Below, one piece after another: positions 9,495 through 19,520 of a stretch of 64,000 nt of DNA. The translations under genes were made by a program, and so were the position numbers. Origin of the DNA: an uncultured Candidatus Saccharibacteria bacterium (lineage in GTDB: Bacteria > Patescibacteriota > Minisyncoccia > Ryanbacterales > GWA2-47-10b); assembly GCA_964356915.1 (NCBI GenBank), contig CAYHJF010000001.1, positions 215,011 to 279,010 on the forward strand. The letters run 5' to 3'. The notes beneath the pieces were generated by a model that was not told the DNA's origin, made no database searches, and saw nothing but the letters and a program-made list of their open reading frames with translations. Positions within the stretch are counted from its first letter, which is position 1, and each line of letters starts with the position of its first letter.

Positions 9495-9947
9495 ATGCTT
9501 ATGCAGATGAAGACAAAAACAGCAAAAGAAACAAGACAAATTGCGGAAATATTTGCCGCAACAATCAAAGATTCGCCATTTGATCCACACTCAGCTCTCA
9601 TTATCGCACTTGAAGGAGAGCTCGGCGCAGGAAAGACAACATTTACTCAATCCCTTGCGCGTTTTTTGGGAGTGCGAAGATCTGTGCAGTCTCCAACTTT
9701 TGTACTCATGAAGCGTTATCCAATAAAAACAAAGTCTTTTAAAAATTTATGGCACGTTGATTGCTACCGCGTTGAGTCATTACGAGAGCTGGAGGTTTTG
9801 GGTTTTCGCGATATTCTTCGTGACCCTGATAATATTATATGTATTGAATGGGCAGATAAAATTTCCGCCATGCTCCCGAAGAATCGAATCACGATTAAAT
9901 TCGACCATGAGGGAGAGCAAGAGCGAAGTATCAGATTTTCAATATGA
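9495..9947 (+). CDS. tsaE: tRNA threonylcarbamoyladenosine biosynthesis protein TsaE
   Basis: P-loop LEGELGAGKTTFTQ; SPTFVL; YHVDCYR-like WHVDCYR. The upstream ATG at 9453 lies inside the terminator hairpin, so 9495 was chosen as the start. Confidence 0.8.
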   Translation: MLMQMKTKTAKETRQIAEIFAATIKDSPFDPHSALIIALEGELGAGKTTFTQSLARFLGVRRSVQSPTFVLMKRYPIKTKSFKNLWHVDCYRVESLRELEVLGFRDILRDPDNIICIEWADKISAMLPKNRITIKFDHEGEQERSIRFSI

Positions 9948-12508
9948 AAAAAACTCTGATTATTCTTGATACTCACGCGTTAATTCACCGTTCATATCAC
10001 GCGATACCTTCGTTCACTTCACCGTCAGGGGAGCCTATGGGTGCGGTGTATGGCGTTTCCGCGGTGCTTTTGAAGCTTGTGCGCGAACTTAAGCCGACTC
10101 ACCTTGCGGCTGCATTTGATCGAGAGGAACCAACGTTTCGCCATGTTGCGTATGAAAACTATAAGGCAACGCGACAGGAGACAAAGTCAGATCTTGTCCC
10201 TCAATTTGATAAGACGAAAGAGTTATTTCGCGCGCTTGGTGTTCCTATGTTTGAGGTCGCAGGATTTGAGGCGGATGACATCATCGGAACGCTCATAGAG
10301 CGATTTCGAAAAGAGAAAGACATTTCAATGATTATTGCATCAGGAGATATGGATACGCTCCAACTCGTTGAAAAAAAGAAAGTCCAGGTTTACACCCTTC
10401 GGAAGGGTATCGATGATACGATTTTATACGATGAGGATAAGGTGAATGAGCGTTTCGGATTTTCTCCCGAACACGTTATTGATTTCAAGGGGCTCAAAGG
10501 AGATCCGTCAGACAATATCATTGGAGTAAAAGGTATTGGAGAGAAGACCGCGACTCAGCTTATTCTGCACTACGGATCGATCGAGGAGATGTATGAGAAG
10601 TTGAAGAAAGAGAAAAAACATCCTACATGGCTAAAGGATCGTATCGTGACATTACTTCTTGAAAATGAGGAAGAGGCTCTTTTTTCAAAGGAGCTTGCTA
10701 CGATCCGGCGAGATGCACCCGTGACCCCAACGCTCGATGAGCTTGTCTTTGCAGGGATCCCCACAGAACAAGCAGCAACGATATTTCGAAAATTTCATTT
10801 TCAAAGTCTTATCTCGCGCCTTCCGAAAGAAGAGGGGCAGCAGGGGACTTTATTAAAGGAGCCGGAAGAGATCCTTGTAGGTTCAATAGAAGAAATAGAG
10901 CGTTTAAGCGCACTAAAAGATAAGATGGTCGTATGGTCGAGTGAAGAAAATATCTCTTTTAGTGTTGGGGAAAAAGAAGTTCTTTACCCGCGCTCTGAAG
11001 TCACGGTAAATCGCGAGCGTTTTAACAGTATCTTTCAGAGGAGATTGGATACGGTGACCGATGACGCAAAATCTCTTTTTCATATTTTTGGTTTTTCATT
11101 TCCAATCGCGTTTGATATTAAGATTGCTCTCTGGATTTTAAATCCTGAAGAAAGAAGATTTTCCCTTGAAGATACGATACGCGATCATTTGCCATCGAAT
11201 ATTATAAATGCGGCAGATGGAGTAAGGATGCTTGAGGGCAAATTTCGTGCACGGCTAGAAAAAGAATCACTCGCGTCAGTATACTTTTCTCTTGAACTTC
11301 CACTTATTCCAATTTTATATATGCTCGAGCGACAAGGAATTTTAGTTGACGCTCTACATCTTGGAAAACTAAAAAAAGTAATTGAGAAAGAAATTGGAGC
11401 GCTTGAGAAAAATATATGGAAACATGCCGGTGAGCATTTTGATATAAGTTCGCCAAAGCAGTTGGGAGTTATTCTTTTCGAGCGTCTTGGGCTTTCAACA
11501 AAGGGCATTAAAAAAACCTCAACGAAAAGCATCTCAACGCAAGCGTCTGAGTTAATAAAATTACGAGAAGCACATCCAATCATTGAAGAAATTTTGACAT
11601 ATCGAGAGCTCTCAAAAATATCTTCTACATACGTTGAGGTCTTGCCGACGATGATAGGACAGGATGGGCGGGTGCATACGACATTTCATCAAACGGGTAC
11701 AACAACGGGTAGGCTCTCTTCGAGCGATCCAAATTTACAAAATATTCCTATTCGTACGGAGCTCGGTAGAGATGTGAGGCGAGCATTTATTGCCGAACAG
11801 GGGTTTGAGCTTGTTTCGTTTGATTACTCTCAGCTCGAACTTCGTATTGCAGCGGCACTGTCGGGAGATAAAAAGCTTATTGCGGCATTTCAGGCGCACG
11901 AAGACATTCATACGCGTACCGCCGCCGAGATATTTCATGTTGAGGCCGGGGAAGTAACAAAAGAAATGCGTCGGCGTGCCAAGACTATTAATTTCGGAAT
12001 TCTTTACGGCATGGGCGCTCGCGCTCTCGCACAAGGCATGAAAGTCTCGTTTGATGAGGCTGATAAATATTTGAAGGAGTATTTGCGTGAGTTTCAAGGG
12101 ATACAGACCTATCGGGAGCGTATCGTCGAGGAGGGGAGTAAAGAGGGTTTTGTTTCAACGCTTTTTGGTAGAAAGAGGTATCTTCCAAATCTTCGCTCGC
12201 GATTTGAATATGTGCGCGCAGAGGCTGAGCGAATGGCAATGAACGCTCCAATCCAAGGAACAGAGGCCGATCTTTTAAAACGGGCGACGATTCGAATTTT
12301 TCAAGAGTGCGGGGTCGGAGAAAATGGAGGGAGCGTACGGATGCTTTTGCAGGTACACGACGAGTTGTTGTTTGAGGTGCGCGAAGATTTACTCCATGAT
12401 ACTGCGTTGAAGGTGAAGAAAATTATGGAAGATGTTCCAGAGCTCGAAGTTCCGATCGTTGTTGATATAAAGCACGGAAAGAATTGGCAAGATACAACCA
12501 TGATATAA
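9944..12508 (+). CDS. polA: DNA polymerase I
   Basis: 5'-3' exonuclease N-terminus (LIILDTHALIHRSYHA). Pol A motifs DYSQLELRI, RRRAKTINFGILYGM and QVHDELLFE. Confidence 0.92.
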   Translation: MKKTLIILDTHALIHRSYHAIPSFTSPSGEPMGAVYGVSAVLLKLVRELKPTHLAAAFDREEPTFRHVAYENYKATRQETKSDLVPQFDKTKELFRALGVPMFEVAGFEADDIIGTLIERFRKEKDISMIIASGDMDTLQLVEKKKVQVYTLRKGIDDTILYDEDKVNERFGFSPEHVIDFKGLKGDPSDNIIGVKGIGEKTATQLILHYGSIEEMYEKLKKEKKHPTWLKDRIVTLLLENEEEALFSKELATIRRDAPVTPTLDELVFAGIPTEQAATIFRKFHFQSLISRLPKEEGQQGTLLKEPEEILVGSIEEIERLSALKDKMVVWSSEENISFSVGEKEVLYPRSEVTVNRERFNSIFQRRLDTVTDDAKSLFHIFGFSFPIAFDIKIALWILNPEERRFSLEDTIRDHLPSNIINAADGVRMLEGKFRARLEKESLASVYFSLELPLIPILYMLERQGILVDALHLGKLKKVIEKEIGALEKNIWKHAGEHFDISSPKQLGVILFERLGLSTKGIKKTSTKSISTQASELIKLREAHPIIEEILTYRELSKISSTYVEVLPTMIGQDGRVHTTFHQTGTTTGRLSSSDPNLQNIPIRTELGRDVRRAFIAEQGFELVSFDYSQLELRIAAALSGDKKLIAAFQAHEDIHTRTAAEIFHVEAGEVTKEMRRRAKTINFGILYGMGARALAQGMKVSFDEADKYLKEYLREFQGIQTYRERIVEEGSKEGFVSTLFGRKRYLPNLRSRFEYVRAEAERMAMNAPIQGTEADLLKRATIRIFQECGVGENGGSVRMLLQVHDELLFEVREDLLHDTALKVKKIMEDVPELEVPIVVDIKHGKNWQDTTMI

Positions 12509-12518
12509 TATAGATAGT

Positions 12519-13673
12519 ATGAAGTTGAAGATTCGCCATACGCTTTTCTTTCGTTTTTTTTGGACATTGGTGTTACTTGGCGTTATGCCGATGGCAATCT
12601 CCGCATTTTTTCTTGTCGCCACGTATCAGTCTCGTATTGCAGATAAAGTAAGTAGCGGGGTTGCTGATGAATTATTAAGAAATGCGAGTATTCAATTTTT
12701 TCTCATCTTTCTTTTTGTATTGATCATCGCTACTTTTTCTGCGTTTATTGTCTCTCGGAATATTTCACGACCACTTCGCACGCTTACGGAAGCAGCGCGT
12801 CTTATTGGTGAAGGAAATCTTAATATCCAGATTAAAGTTTCGCGCCGAGATGAAATTGGTAATCTCGGATCTTTTTTTAATGAAATGGCCGGCAATTTAA
12901 AGGAGGTGCAAGAGCGACAGGCGGAGATATCTCGGCTAAAGTCAGAGTTTATCACGGTCGCGGCTCACCAGCTCCGTACGCCACTTTCTATTATGAAGTG
13001 GTCGCATCATACAATCCTTGATGGCGATGTAGGTAAGGTGCCCATAAAACAGCGCGAGCTTATTGAGAAAGCAGAGGTCGCAAATGAGTCGATGATCAGG
13101 CTCGTACATAATCTTTTGGATGCAGCACGTATTGAAGAAGGACGATTTGGTTATAAGTTTGATTCTATGGATGTGCGCGCATTTCTTCATGAACTTGTCG
13201 ATGAAAAGAAGATTTTTGCTGAGAATAAAAATACAAAACTCGAGCTTAAAGATTCCACGTCAGGACCCGTTGAAATATCAGGAGATAAAGAGCGCTTAGC
13301 CATGGCGGTTGGTAATATTATTGATAATGCTGTTCGGTATACACCACCAAACGGTACCGTAAGTGTTTCGCTCGAATATGATGATGCGAAGCTACGCATT
13401 ACGATTCATGATAATGGAGCCGGGATTCCTCAAAAAGACCAAGAGAAGCTTTTTACAAAATTTTATCGCGCGCAAAGTACGATGCACGTTGAAACTGAAG
13501 GAACGGGATTAGGTCTTTTTATCGCGAAGAATGTCGTAGAGGGGCATAATGGCTCGATTTGGTTTGAGTCTCACGAAGGGCAGGGAACTTCATTTTTCAT
13601 TTCCTTGCCTGCCAAGGGGTCTTTGCAGGCCGCAGTCAATAAGTCGTATGATACGTTTGTGAAAAATATCTAG
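12519..13673 (+). CDS. sensor histidine kinase (2 TM, HAMP, HisKA, HATPase_c)
   Basis: H-box AAHQLRTPL; N-box NAVRYTPP; G-boxes DNGAGI and GTGLGL. Confidence 0.88.
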   Translation: MKLKIRHTLFFRFFWTLVLLGVMPMAISAFFLVATYQSRIADKVSSGVADELLRNASIQFFLIFLFVLIIATFSAFIVSRNISRPLRTLTEAARLIGEGNLNIQIKVSRRDEIGNLGSFFNEMAGNLKEVQERQAEISRLKSEFITVAAHQLRTPLSIMKWSHHTILDGDVGKVPIKQRELIEKAEVANESMIRLVHNLLDAARIEEGRFGYKFDSMDVRAFLHELVDEKKIFAENKNTKLELKDSTSGPVEISGDKERLAMAVGNIIDNAVRYTPPNGTVSVSLEYDDAKLRITIHDNGAGIPQKDQEKLFTKFYRAQSTMHVETEGTGLGLFIAKNVVEGHNGSIWFESHEGQGTSFFISLPAKGSLQAAVNKSYDTFVKNI

Positions 13674-13693
13674 GATGGTACAATGGGAGCGTT

Positions 13694-14134
13694 ATGACAG
13701 GCAAAGAAAAAAACTCATCAATTCCGATTTCGTCGCTCTTAAAGCGCAATGAAGTTAAAGTGCTTGTTGTCGAGGACGACAAATTTTTGCGCGAAATTTT
13801 AGGAGGAAAGCTTACAAAGGAGGGATACACAGTACTCGAAGCTTTAGATGGTGATCAGGGTATTGAAAAGACAAAGTCCGAGCAGCCGCATATTATTTTA
13901 CTTGATCTTGTATTACCGGGCGCTGACGGGTATGACGTTTTAGGGAGACTAAAGCAGGATCCAGAGGTAAGTAAGATTCCCGTAATTGTACTTTCAAACC
14001 TGGGGTCTCGCGAAGATATCGATCGTGCAATCGCGCTTGGCGCCCAGCAATTCATGGTAAAAGCGCATCACACGCCACAAGAAATCATTGAGGCGGTCAA
14101 GAAAATTCTTGACGAGCACTATCTGCAAAAATGA
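13694..14134 (+). CDS. single-domain response regulator (receiver only)
   Basis: VLVVEDD...ILLDLVLPGADG...KIPVIVLS; no output domain. Confidence 0.8.
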   Translation: MTGKEKNSSIPISSLLKRNEVKVLVVEDDKFLREILGGKLTKEGYTVLEALDGDQGIEKTKSEQPHIILLDLVLPGADGYDVLGRLKQDPEVSKIPVIVLSNLGSREDIDRAIALGAQQFMVKAHHTPQEIIEAVKKILDEHYLQK

Positions 14135-15012
14135 TCTATTTGCTGTATGGAGAAGAAACGAAGCGTTCGTTAGGAATGCTTCGCGATTTTGAGCGACGAT
14201 TTCAAGCTGAGGTGCCGGTAGGAGGATGGCAGAGGTTTGATTTTAAGGACGAGATGGACCAAGAGAGGTTTTTATTGGGTGCGGGGTCTCAGGCGCTTTT
14301 TTCTCAAAAAGATTTTTATATTATTAGAAACCCATCGCACGCATCACCACGTTCCGCGCGCACGTTAGAGGAGTTGTTGCCACACTGGGCGGGCAAGGAT
14401 TCGATAGTAGTTTTTTTTGAAGAAGGAGTTCCTGAAAAAAATGAGACATTTAATTTTCTAAAACGCACCGCTTCTAAAAGTCAGGAGTTTAGTAAGCCTT
14501 CTTCAGCGCAGGCAAAAACGTGGATGGAGGGCGAACTTAAACGACGGAGCGCAGTATTAAGTGAAGATCAGAAGAGGTCCTTACTTGCACGATACGGAGG
14601 AGATTTATGGGCGCTCGAAAGCGAGCTCGACCGTGCGCTCGCCGGAGGGTCTCCGGTTTCTTTGAAGTTGACGGTAGATGAACGAGAGCTTTTCTCTCTT
14701 GGAGATCTATGGGGTCGGCGTGAGCGCGCGCAAACAGTCCTTAAATACGATATATTACTAAGATCCGGATTTCCCTCCGAACGTATGTTATGGACTATGA
14801 TGTGGCACATTAAATCTCTTTTTGCTGTTGCAACGGGTCAGACGAAGGGGATGAATCCGTACGTTCTTCGGAAATCAACCGATCAAATGCGCAACTTTTC
14901 CCAAGATGAGCTATCAGATGCCTACAAAGCACTCGTGGAACTTGATGTTGATGAAAAAAGAGGAGAGCGATCACTTGAGATAGGCATGCTCCACTTTTTT
15001 CTTACTCGGTAA
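14131..15012 (+). CDS. holA: DNA polymerase III delta subunit (HolA-like)
   Basis: MIYLLYGEE N-terminus. Length and predicted C-terminal helical domain resemble delta. Confidence 0.55.
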   Translation: MIYLLYGEETKRSLGMLRDFERRFQAEVPVGGWQRFDFKDEMDQERFLLGAGSQALFSQKDFYIIRNPSHASPRSARTLEELLPHWAGKDSIVVFFEEGVPEKNETFNFLKRTASKSQEFSKPSSAQAKTWMEGELKRRSAVLSEDQKRSLLARYGGDLWALESELDRALAGGSPVSLKLTVDERELFSLGDLWGRRERAQTVLKYDILLRSGFPSERMLWTMMWHIKSLFAVATGQTKGMNPYVLRKSTDQMRNFSQDELSDAYKALVELDVDEKRGERSLEIGMLHFFLTR

Positions 15013-15044
15013 AACAAAAAGCCCCTTCGAGGGCTTTTTGTTTG
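15013..15044. terminator. bidirectional intrinsic terminator
   Basis: aaaaagccccttcgagggctttttgttt between convergent holA and rpsT. Confidence 0.7.
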
Positions 15045-15308
15045 TTAGACAAGTTTTTTAAGTCTTTTGGCGATGCGAGATTTTTTTCGAGCAGCAGTAT
15101 TTTTGGTAATAAGATTTCGCTTTGCCGCTTTATCGATTACTCCCTGCACACTTGAAAGTAGTGAGAGTGCCTCAGAATTATTTTTTTCTAAAAGAGCTTT
15201 TTCAAAGCGCTTTAAGACGTCTTTCATTGATTTCTTTTGTTTGACGTTTCGGATATGGCGACGATCAGATTGACGTAACGCCTTTTCCGCTGACTTAGTA
15301 TTTGGCAT
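15045..15308 (-). CDS. rpsT: 30S ribosomal protein S20
   Basis: MPNTKSAEKALRQSDRRHIRNVKQKK... Confidence 0.9.
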   Translation of the reverse strand: MPNTKSAEKALRQSDRRHIRNVKQKKSMKDVLKRFEKALLEKNNSEALSLLSSVQGVIDKAAKRNLITKNTAARKKSRIAKRLKKLV

Positions 15309-15335
15309 AGATAGTACTGTACTACTCTTTTTTAT

Positions 15336-17309
15336 TTAGTCAAGTTTTGTATCACGTGTCGTCGAGAGCTGTTTTAAAACGTCTCTCAATTCAGCGGCGC
15401 GCTCAAAGTTGAGTTTTGATGCTTCTTGAAGCATCTCTGCTTCTACTTCTTTTTTCAGTTCTTTTATAGATCGTTTTTCTGAGGTGAGTGATTCAAGAAC
15501 CTTTTCTTTCGATACCTTTTTCATTGATGAAAACAAGGACCCACGAATTTCTTTTGAGAGGGGCGTAGGGGTAATACTATGCGCTTTATTGAATTCAATT
15601 TGATATGCACGTCGTCGCTCCGTTTCCGAAAACGCTGTTTTCATAGAGTCGGTTATACGGTCGGCATAAAAGATAACATGTCCACCGATATTTCGCGCCG
15701 CTCGTCCAATGATTTGGATGAATGTTGTTGTGTTGCGCAAAAATCCCTCCTTATCCGCATCAAGAATACAGATAAGAGAAACTTCGGGGATATCGAGCCC
15801 TTCGCGTAAGAGGTTGATGCCCACGAGTGTATCGAATTCCCCAAGACGTAGATTTTTTAAAATATCTGTTCGTTCGATAGTTTTTACTTCAGAGTGAAGC
15901 CATGCAACACGTAATCCTTTTCCCGATAAATATTCAGAGATATCTTCAGCCATGCGTTTTGTGAGCGCGATAACGAGGGTTCGCTCTCCTTTTGCTGCTC
16001 GTAGTATGATTTCTTTTTCTATATCTTTAATCTGTCCATCGGCTTTACGAATTTCCAAAGTAGGGTCGAGAAGTCCGGTAGGACGTACGAGTTGCTCAGC
16101 GACCGGACCATGAGAAAGCTCGTAGATGTTTGGAGTCGCGGACACGAAGATTCGTTGGCCTATTTTTTCTTCAAATTCTTCGAATCGGAGCGGTCGGTTG
16201 TCGATCGCTGACGGAAGACGAAATCCGTGTGCTACAAGAGTTTCTTTGCGTGCACGATCTCCCGCAAACATGCCACGTATTTGAGGAATTGTCATATGAG
16301 ATTCATCGATAAAAGTTAGAAATCCTTCCGGCATGTAATCAATGAGAGTTGATGGTGGTTCTCCCGCTGCCCGTCCTTCAAGGTGGCGGGAATAATTTTC
16401 GATGCCATTCGTATAACCAGTCTCTCGGAGCATTTGAATGTCATAACGGGTTTTTCTCAAAAGTCGATCAGCTTCGATGATTTTTTTTTCTTTACTTAGA
16501 ACCTTGAGTCGTTCGGCGAGCTCTATTTCGATTACCGAAATCGCGCGTTCAAGATTTTCTTCAGGCGTCACAAAGTGTTTTGCGGGAAAGATGGTCGCTT
16601 CCGATCGAGGCTCAAACGATGCGCCTGCGTCCCCGATGCGTTCTTGAATTTCTTCGATCTCATTTCCAAAAAATACAATTCGAATTGTTCGATCTCCTGT
16701 GGGAGGAATAACTTCGTAGAGCTCTCCTTTTTTTGACCATGTTCCTGGAGTTCGCTCGATATCATTGCGCGTATATTGTATGAGCGCAAGACGCTCTGAA
16801 AATATTTTTGGCGATAAAGTATTTCCAATTTTTATTGAGAGAGCGGACTTTAAATATTCTTGCGGGTTGCCAATTCCATAGATTGCCGATACGGAGGCGA
16901 CAATAATACAGTCATTACGCGTTAATATTGCCTGTGTTGCAGCATGACGAAGCTCATCGATGAATGCATTAATTTTTGCATCCTTTTCTATATAGGTATC
17001 TGTATTAGGGAGATAGGCCTCTGGTTGGTAGTAGTCGTAGTAAGAGACGAAGTAATGAACGGCGTTTGAGGGGAATAATTCTTTGAACTCTTCGTATAAT
17101 TGGGCCGCGAGAGTTTTATTATGGGAAAGAATAATCGCCGGGCGATTTGTTTTCGCGATAACCTGTGCCATGGTAAATGTTTTTCCCGAGCCCGTGACGC
17201 CTAAGAGAGTTTGTGCTCGTGTGCCAGAAGTAACGCCACGAACGAGGGCGTCAATAGCTTGGGGTTGGTCACCAGAGGGTGCGTATGCGCTTACAATATG
17301 AAAAGTCAT
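15336..17309 (-). CDS. uvrB: excinuclease ABC subunit B
   Basis: GVTGSGKTFT; YFVSYYDYYQPEAY; helicase motifs; C-terminal UVR domain. Confidence 0.93.
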   Translation of the reverse strand: MTFHIVSAYAPSGDQPQAIDALVRGVTSGTRAQTLLGVTGSGKTFTMAQVIAKTNRPAIILSHNKTLAAQLYEEFKELFPSNAVHYFVSYYDYYQPEAYLPNTDTYIEKDAKINAFIDELRHAATQAILTRNDCIIVASVSAIYGIGNPQEYLKSALSIKIGNTLSPKIFSERLALIQYTRNDIERTPGTWSKKGELYEVIPPTGDRTIRIVFFGNEIEEIQERIGDAGASFEPRSEATIFPAKHFVTPEENLERAISVIEIELAERLKVLSKEKKIIEADRLLRKTRYDIQMLRETGYTNGIENYSRHLEGRAAGEPPSTLIDYMPEGFLTFIDESHMTIPQIRGMFAGDRARKETLVAHGFRLPSAIDNRPLRFEEFEEKIGQRIFVSATPNIYELSHGPVAEQLVRPTGLLDPTLEIRKADGQIKDIEKEIILRAAKGERTLVIALTKRMAEDISEYLSGKGLRVAWLHSEVKTIERTDILKNLRLGEFDTLVGINLLREGLDIPEVSLICILDADKEGFLRNTTTFIQIIGRAARNIGGHVIFYADRITDSMKTAFSETERRRAYQIEFNKAHSITPTPLSKEIRGSLFSSMKKVSKEKVLESLTSEKRSIKELKKEVEAEMLQEASKLNFERAAELRDVLKQLSTTRDTKLD

Positions 17310-17332
17310 ACTATTTCATTATAATGGAAAGG

Positions 17333-17908
17333 ATGATAGCACGCCTGGAGGGTAAAGTCCTTTTCCGCGGTACACGGTTTTTAATTATTGATACCCAGGG
17401 GGTTGGGTATAAGGTTTTTACGTCGCTTGAATCATTGAAACTTATCGATCCGAAAGAGCTTTCTTGTGAGTTATTTACGCATCTATACGTTCGTGAAAAT
17501 GCGCTTGAACTTTACGGGTTTGCGACTATGGCAGAACTCGAATTTTTCGAGGTGCTGATCGGAATTTCAGGCGTTGGTCCAAAGTCTGCGCTTAATATTC
17601 TTTCGGTAGTCCCGCTCGATACGTTGAAGCGTGCGATTGCAACTGGCGATACGACATATCTCACAAAAATTTCAGGTATTGGCAAAAAAACCGCGGAGAA
17701 AATTATTATTGAGCTTCGCGATAAGCTTGCGGGGATTGCTGGACCTGCGTCCGACCACAATACACTGGACGCCATTGATGCGCTGGTTTCGCTCGGGTAT
17801 TCAGAGCGAGAGGCACGATCAGCTCTCAAGGATGTTTCAGGAGATGCTGAAACGGTTGATGCAAAAATTCGAGAGGCTTTGCGATCGCTCGGTCGCTCAA
17901 CATCATGA
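17333..17908 (+). CDS. ruvA: Holliday junction DNA helicase RuvA
   Basis: MIARLEGKV... and tandem HhH motifs IGISGVGPKSALNIL and ISGIGKKTAEKII. Start chosen to match the RuvA N-terminus; an alternative ATG is at 17324. Confidence 0.85.
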   Translation: MIARLEGKVLFRGTRFLIIDTQGVGYKVFTSLESLKLIDPKELSCELFTHLYVRENALELYGFATMAELEFFEVLIGISGVGPKSALNILSVVPLDTLKRAIATGDTTYLTKISGIGKKTAEKIIIELRDKLAGIAGPASDHNTLDAIDALVSLGYSEREARSALKDVSGDAETVDAKIREALRSLGRSTS

Positions 17909-19173
17909 GACGCTTTATCCCAAGATTTTTGCTTTCGTGGTACCACCTTGGGCTTACGTTCGCCGCCGCACTTTGGTATGGGTTTCCTTCGCGCAAACTT
18001 CTTGTTATTGGTGTTACTGGTACAAATGGAAAGACGACAACGGTCGACTTGTTACATAATATATTTTCTGAGGCTGGGCATCGTGTTGCGTCGGCCTCAT
18101 CCATTCGATTTATTGTTGGTCCTGATGAGCGAAGAAATGAGTCAAAGATGACAATGCCAGGACGATTTTTCATCCAACAGTTTCTTGCTGAAGCGGTTTC
18201 TAAGGGGTGCGATGTTGCTATTCTCGAGGTAACTTCGGAGGGAATACGTCAGCATCGCCATCGGTTTGTTGATTTTAATGTCGCCGCTATGACAAATGTG
18301 ACGCCAGAACACATCGAGTCACACGGGTCGTTCGAGAAATATTTGAAAAGTAAATTAAAACTTTTTCGTGCGACAGCACGTTCCCCAAAGTCTCATAAGG
18401 CGATCGTTGTGAATGGAGATGATCCGCATGCAGGCGATTTTATGCGACATGCATCAAAAGAAACTCTTTGGGTTTATGGTATTCGTTTTCCGTCCGCAAC
18501 ATTTTTTCATGAAGTGAAGCCATCTTCGTACACTACGGTACCTCAAGATGGTGTTCGCCTCGTACTTAAGAATCTCGATTTTCATATAAAACTTAAGGGC
18601 GAGTTCAACGTATATAATGCACTGTGTGCTATCACGATTGCGTTGTCGCAAAATGTTTCAATCCATGCCATTCGTCAGGCGCTTGAATCGTCGGGGGGTA
18701 TTCCGGGGCGACTTGAATACATTCAAAAAGAACCATTTGGGGTTGTTGTTGATTATGCGCATACACCAGATGCGTTAGAAAAAGTATATACAACGCTAAA
18801 AGCTGAGGGGCGAAAACTTATTTGTGTACTTGGTTCAACTGGTGGAGGGCGAGATACGTGGAAGCGTCCTGAAATGGGAAAGATCGCTGATAGCATGTGC
18901 GATACAATCATTCTTACGAATGAAGATCCGTATGATGAGAGGCCAGAAAAAATCATTGATGATGTACGAGCGGGGATTGTTTTAAAAAAAGTGCAAGTAG
19001 TTTTTGATCGTAAAGATGCGGTATGGGAAGGAGTGAAAGCGGCATTCCCGGGCGATACTGTTGTGATAACAGGGAAGGGATGTGAGCCGTGGATGGTTAT
19101 TGAGGGAGGAAAAAAAGTTCCATGGGATGATCGCGCTGTGGCGCGAGAGGCGCTTGAGCGTATTCGGGTGTAG
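17905..19173 (+). CDS. Mur ligase family protein (MurE-like central and C-terminal domains; no N-terminal substrate domain)
   Basis: GVTGTNGKTTT P-loop, LEVTSEGI and NVTPEHIESHG are Mur ligase signatures. Only 422 aa. Confidence 0.6.
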   Translation: MRRFIPRFLLSWYHLGLTFAAALWYGFPSRKLLVIGVTGTNGKTTTVDLLHNIFSEAGHRVASASSIRFIVGPDERRNESKMTMPGRFFIQQFLAEAVSKGCDVAILEVTSEGIRQHRHRFVDFNVAAMTNVTPEHIESHGSFEKYLKSKLKLFRATARSPKSHKAIVVNGDDPHAGDFMRHASKETLWVYGIRFPSATFFHEVKPSSYTTVPQDGVRLVLKNLDFHIKLKGEFNVYNALCAITIALSQNVSIHAIRQALESSGGIPGRLEYIQKEPFGVVVDYAHTPDALEKVYTTLKAEGRKLICVLGSTGGGRDTWKRPEMGKIADSMCDTIILTNEDPYDERPEKIIDDVRAGIVLKKVQVVFDRKDAVWEGVKAAFPGDTVVITGKGCEPWMVIEGGKKVPWDDRAVAREALERIRV

Positions 19174-19184
19174 ATAAAACAAAG

Positions 19185-19207
19185 CGGGCCCGACATTGTC
19201 GGGCCCG
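19185..19207. terminator. 10-bp GC hairpin, bidirectional terminator
   Basis: cgggcccgac att gtcgggcccg; the T-run lies on the minus-strand side. Confidence 0.55.
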
Positions 19208-19260
19208 TGGTTATTAGCTAAGTATTTTGCCTCCCTTCTTTTTTTTGCGGAATGACGGGG

Positions 19261-19395
19261 TTAGTACCGCATTACGCCGGACTCGCGGGCGATACGTCGT
19301 CCCTCTTCGATGAGGTACAGACCGTAGATGCCGAAGGGGATGAATCCGATGATTCCCCAACGGACGAACGTTTCGAGTGTTTCGATGGTGGGCAA
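19261..19395 (-). CDS. candidate 44-aa small membrane protein (TTG start)
   Basis: Not in the ORF track because it is under 60 aa. AGAAGG SD 4 nt before TTG. Product MPTIETLETFVRWGIIGFIPFGIYGLYLIEEGRRIARESGVMRY has one clear TM helix and is followed by the 19185 hairpin and a T-run. Confidence 0.3.
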   Translation of the reverse strand: MPTIETLETFVRWGIIGFIPFGIYGLYLIEEGRRIARESGVMRY

Positions 19396-19520
19396 GAGGC
19401 CTTCTTTGAAGAGCGTTATGAGGTAATAATAGCATGTTTATATAATTTTGTCAATAGTATGTCACGAACTATCGACGGATACGTTATACTAAACATATTA
19501 TCCAGTTAAGTAATAGATAT

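Noticed and set aside
19214-19509. Track ORFs 19214-19435 (minus, Arg-rich) and 19252-19509 (plus, acidic).
   Set aside because: Low-complexity products without SD support. The minus-strand TTG-initiated TM peptide in a different frame is more gene-like.
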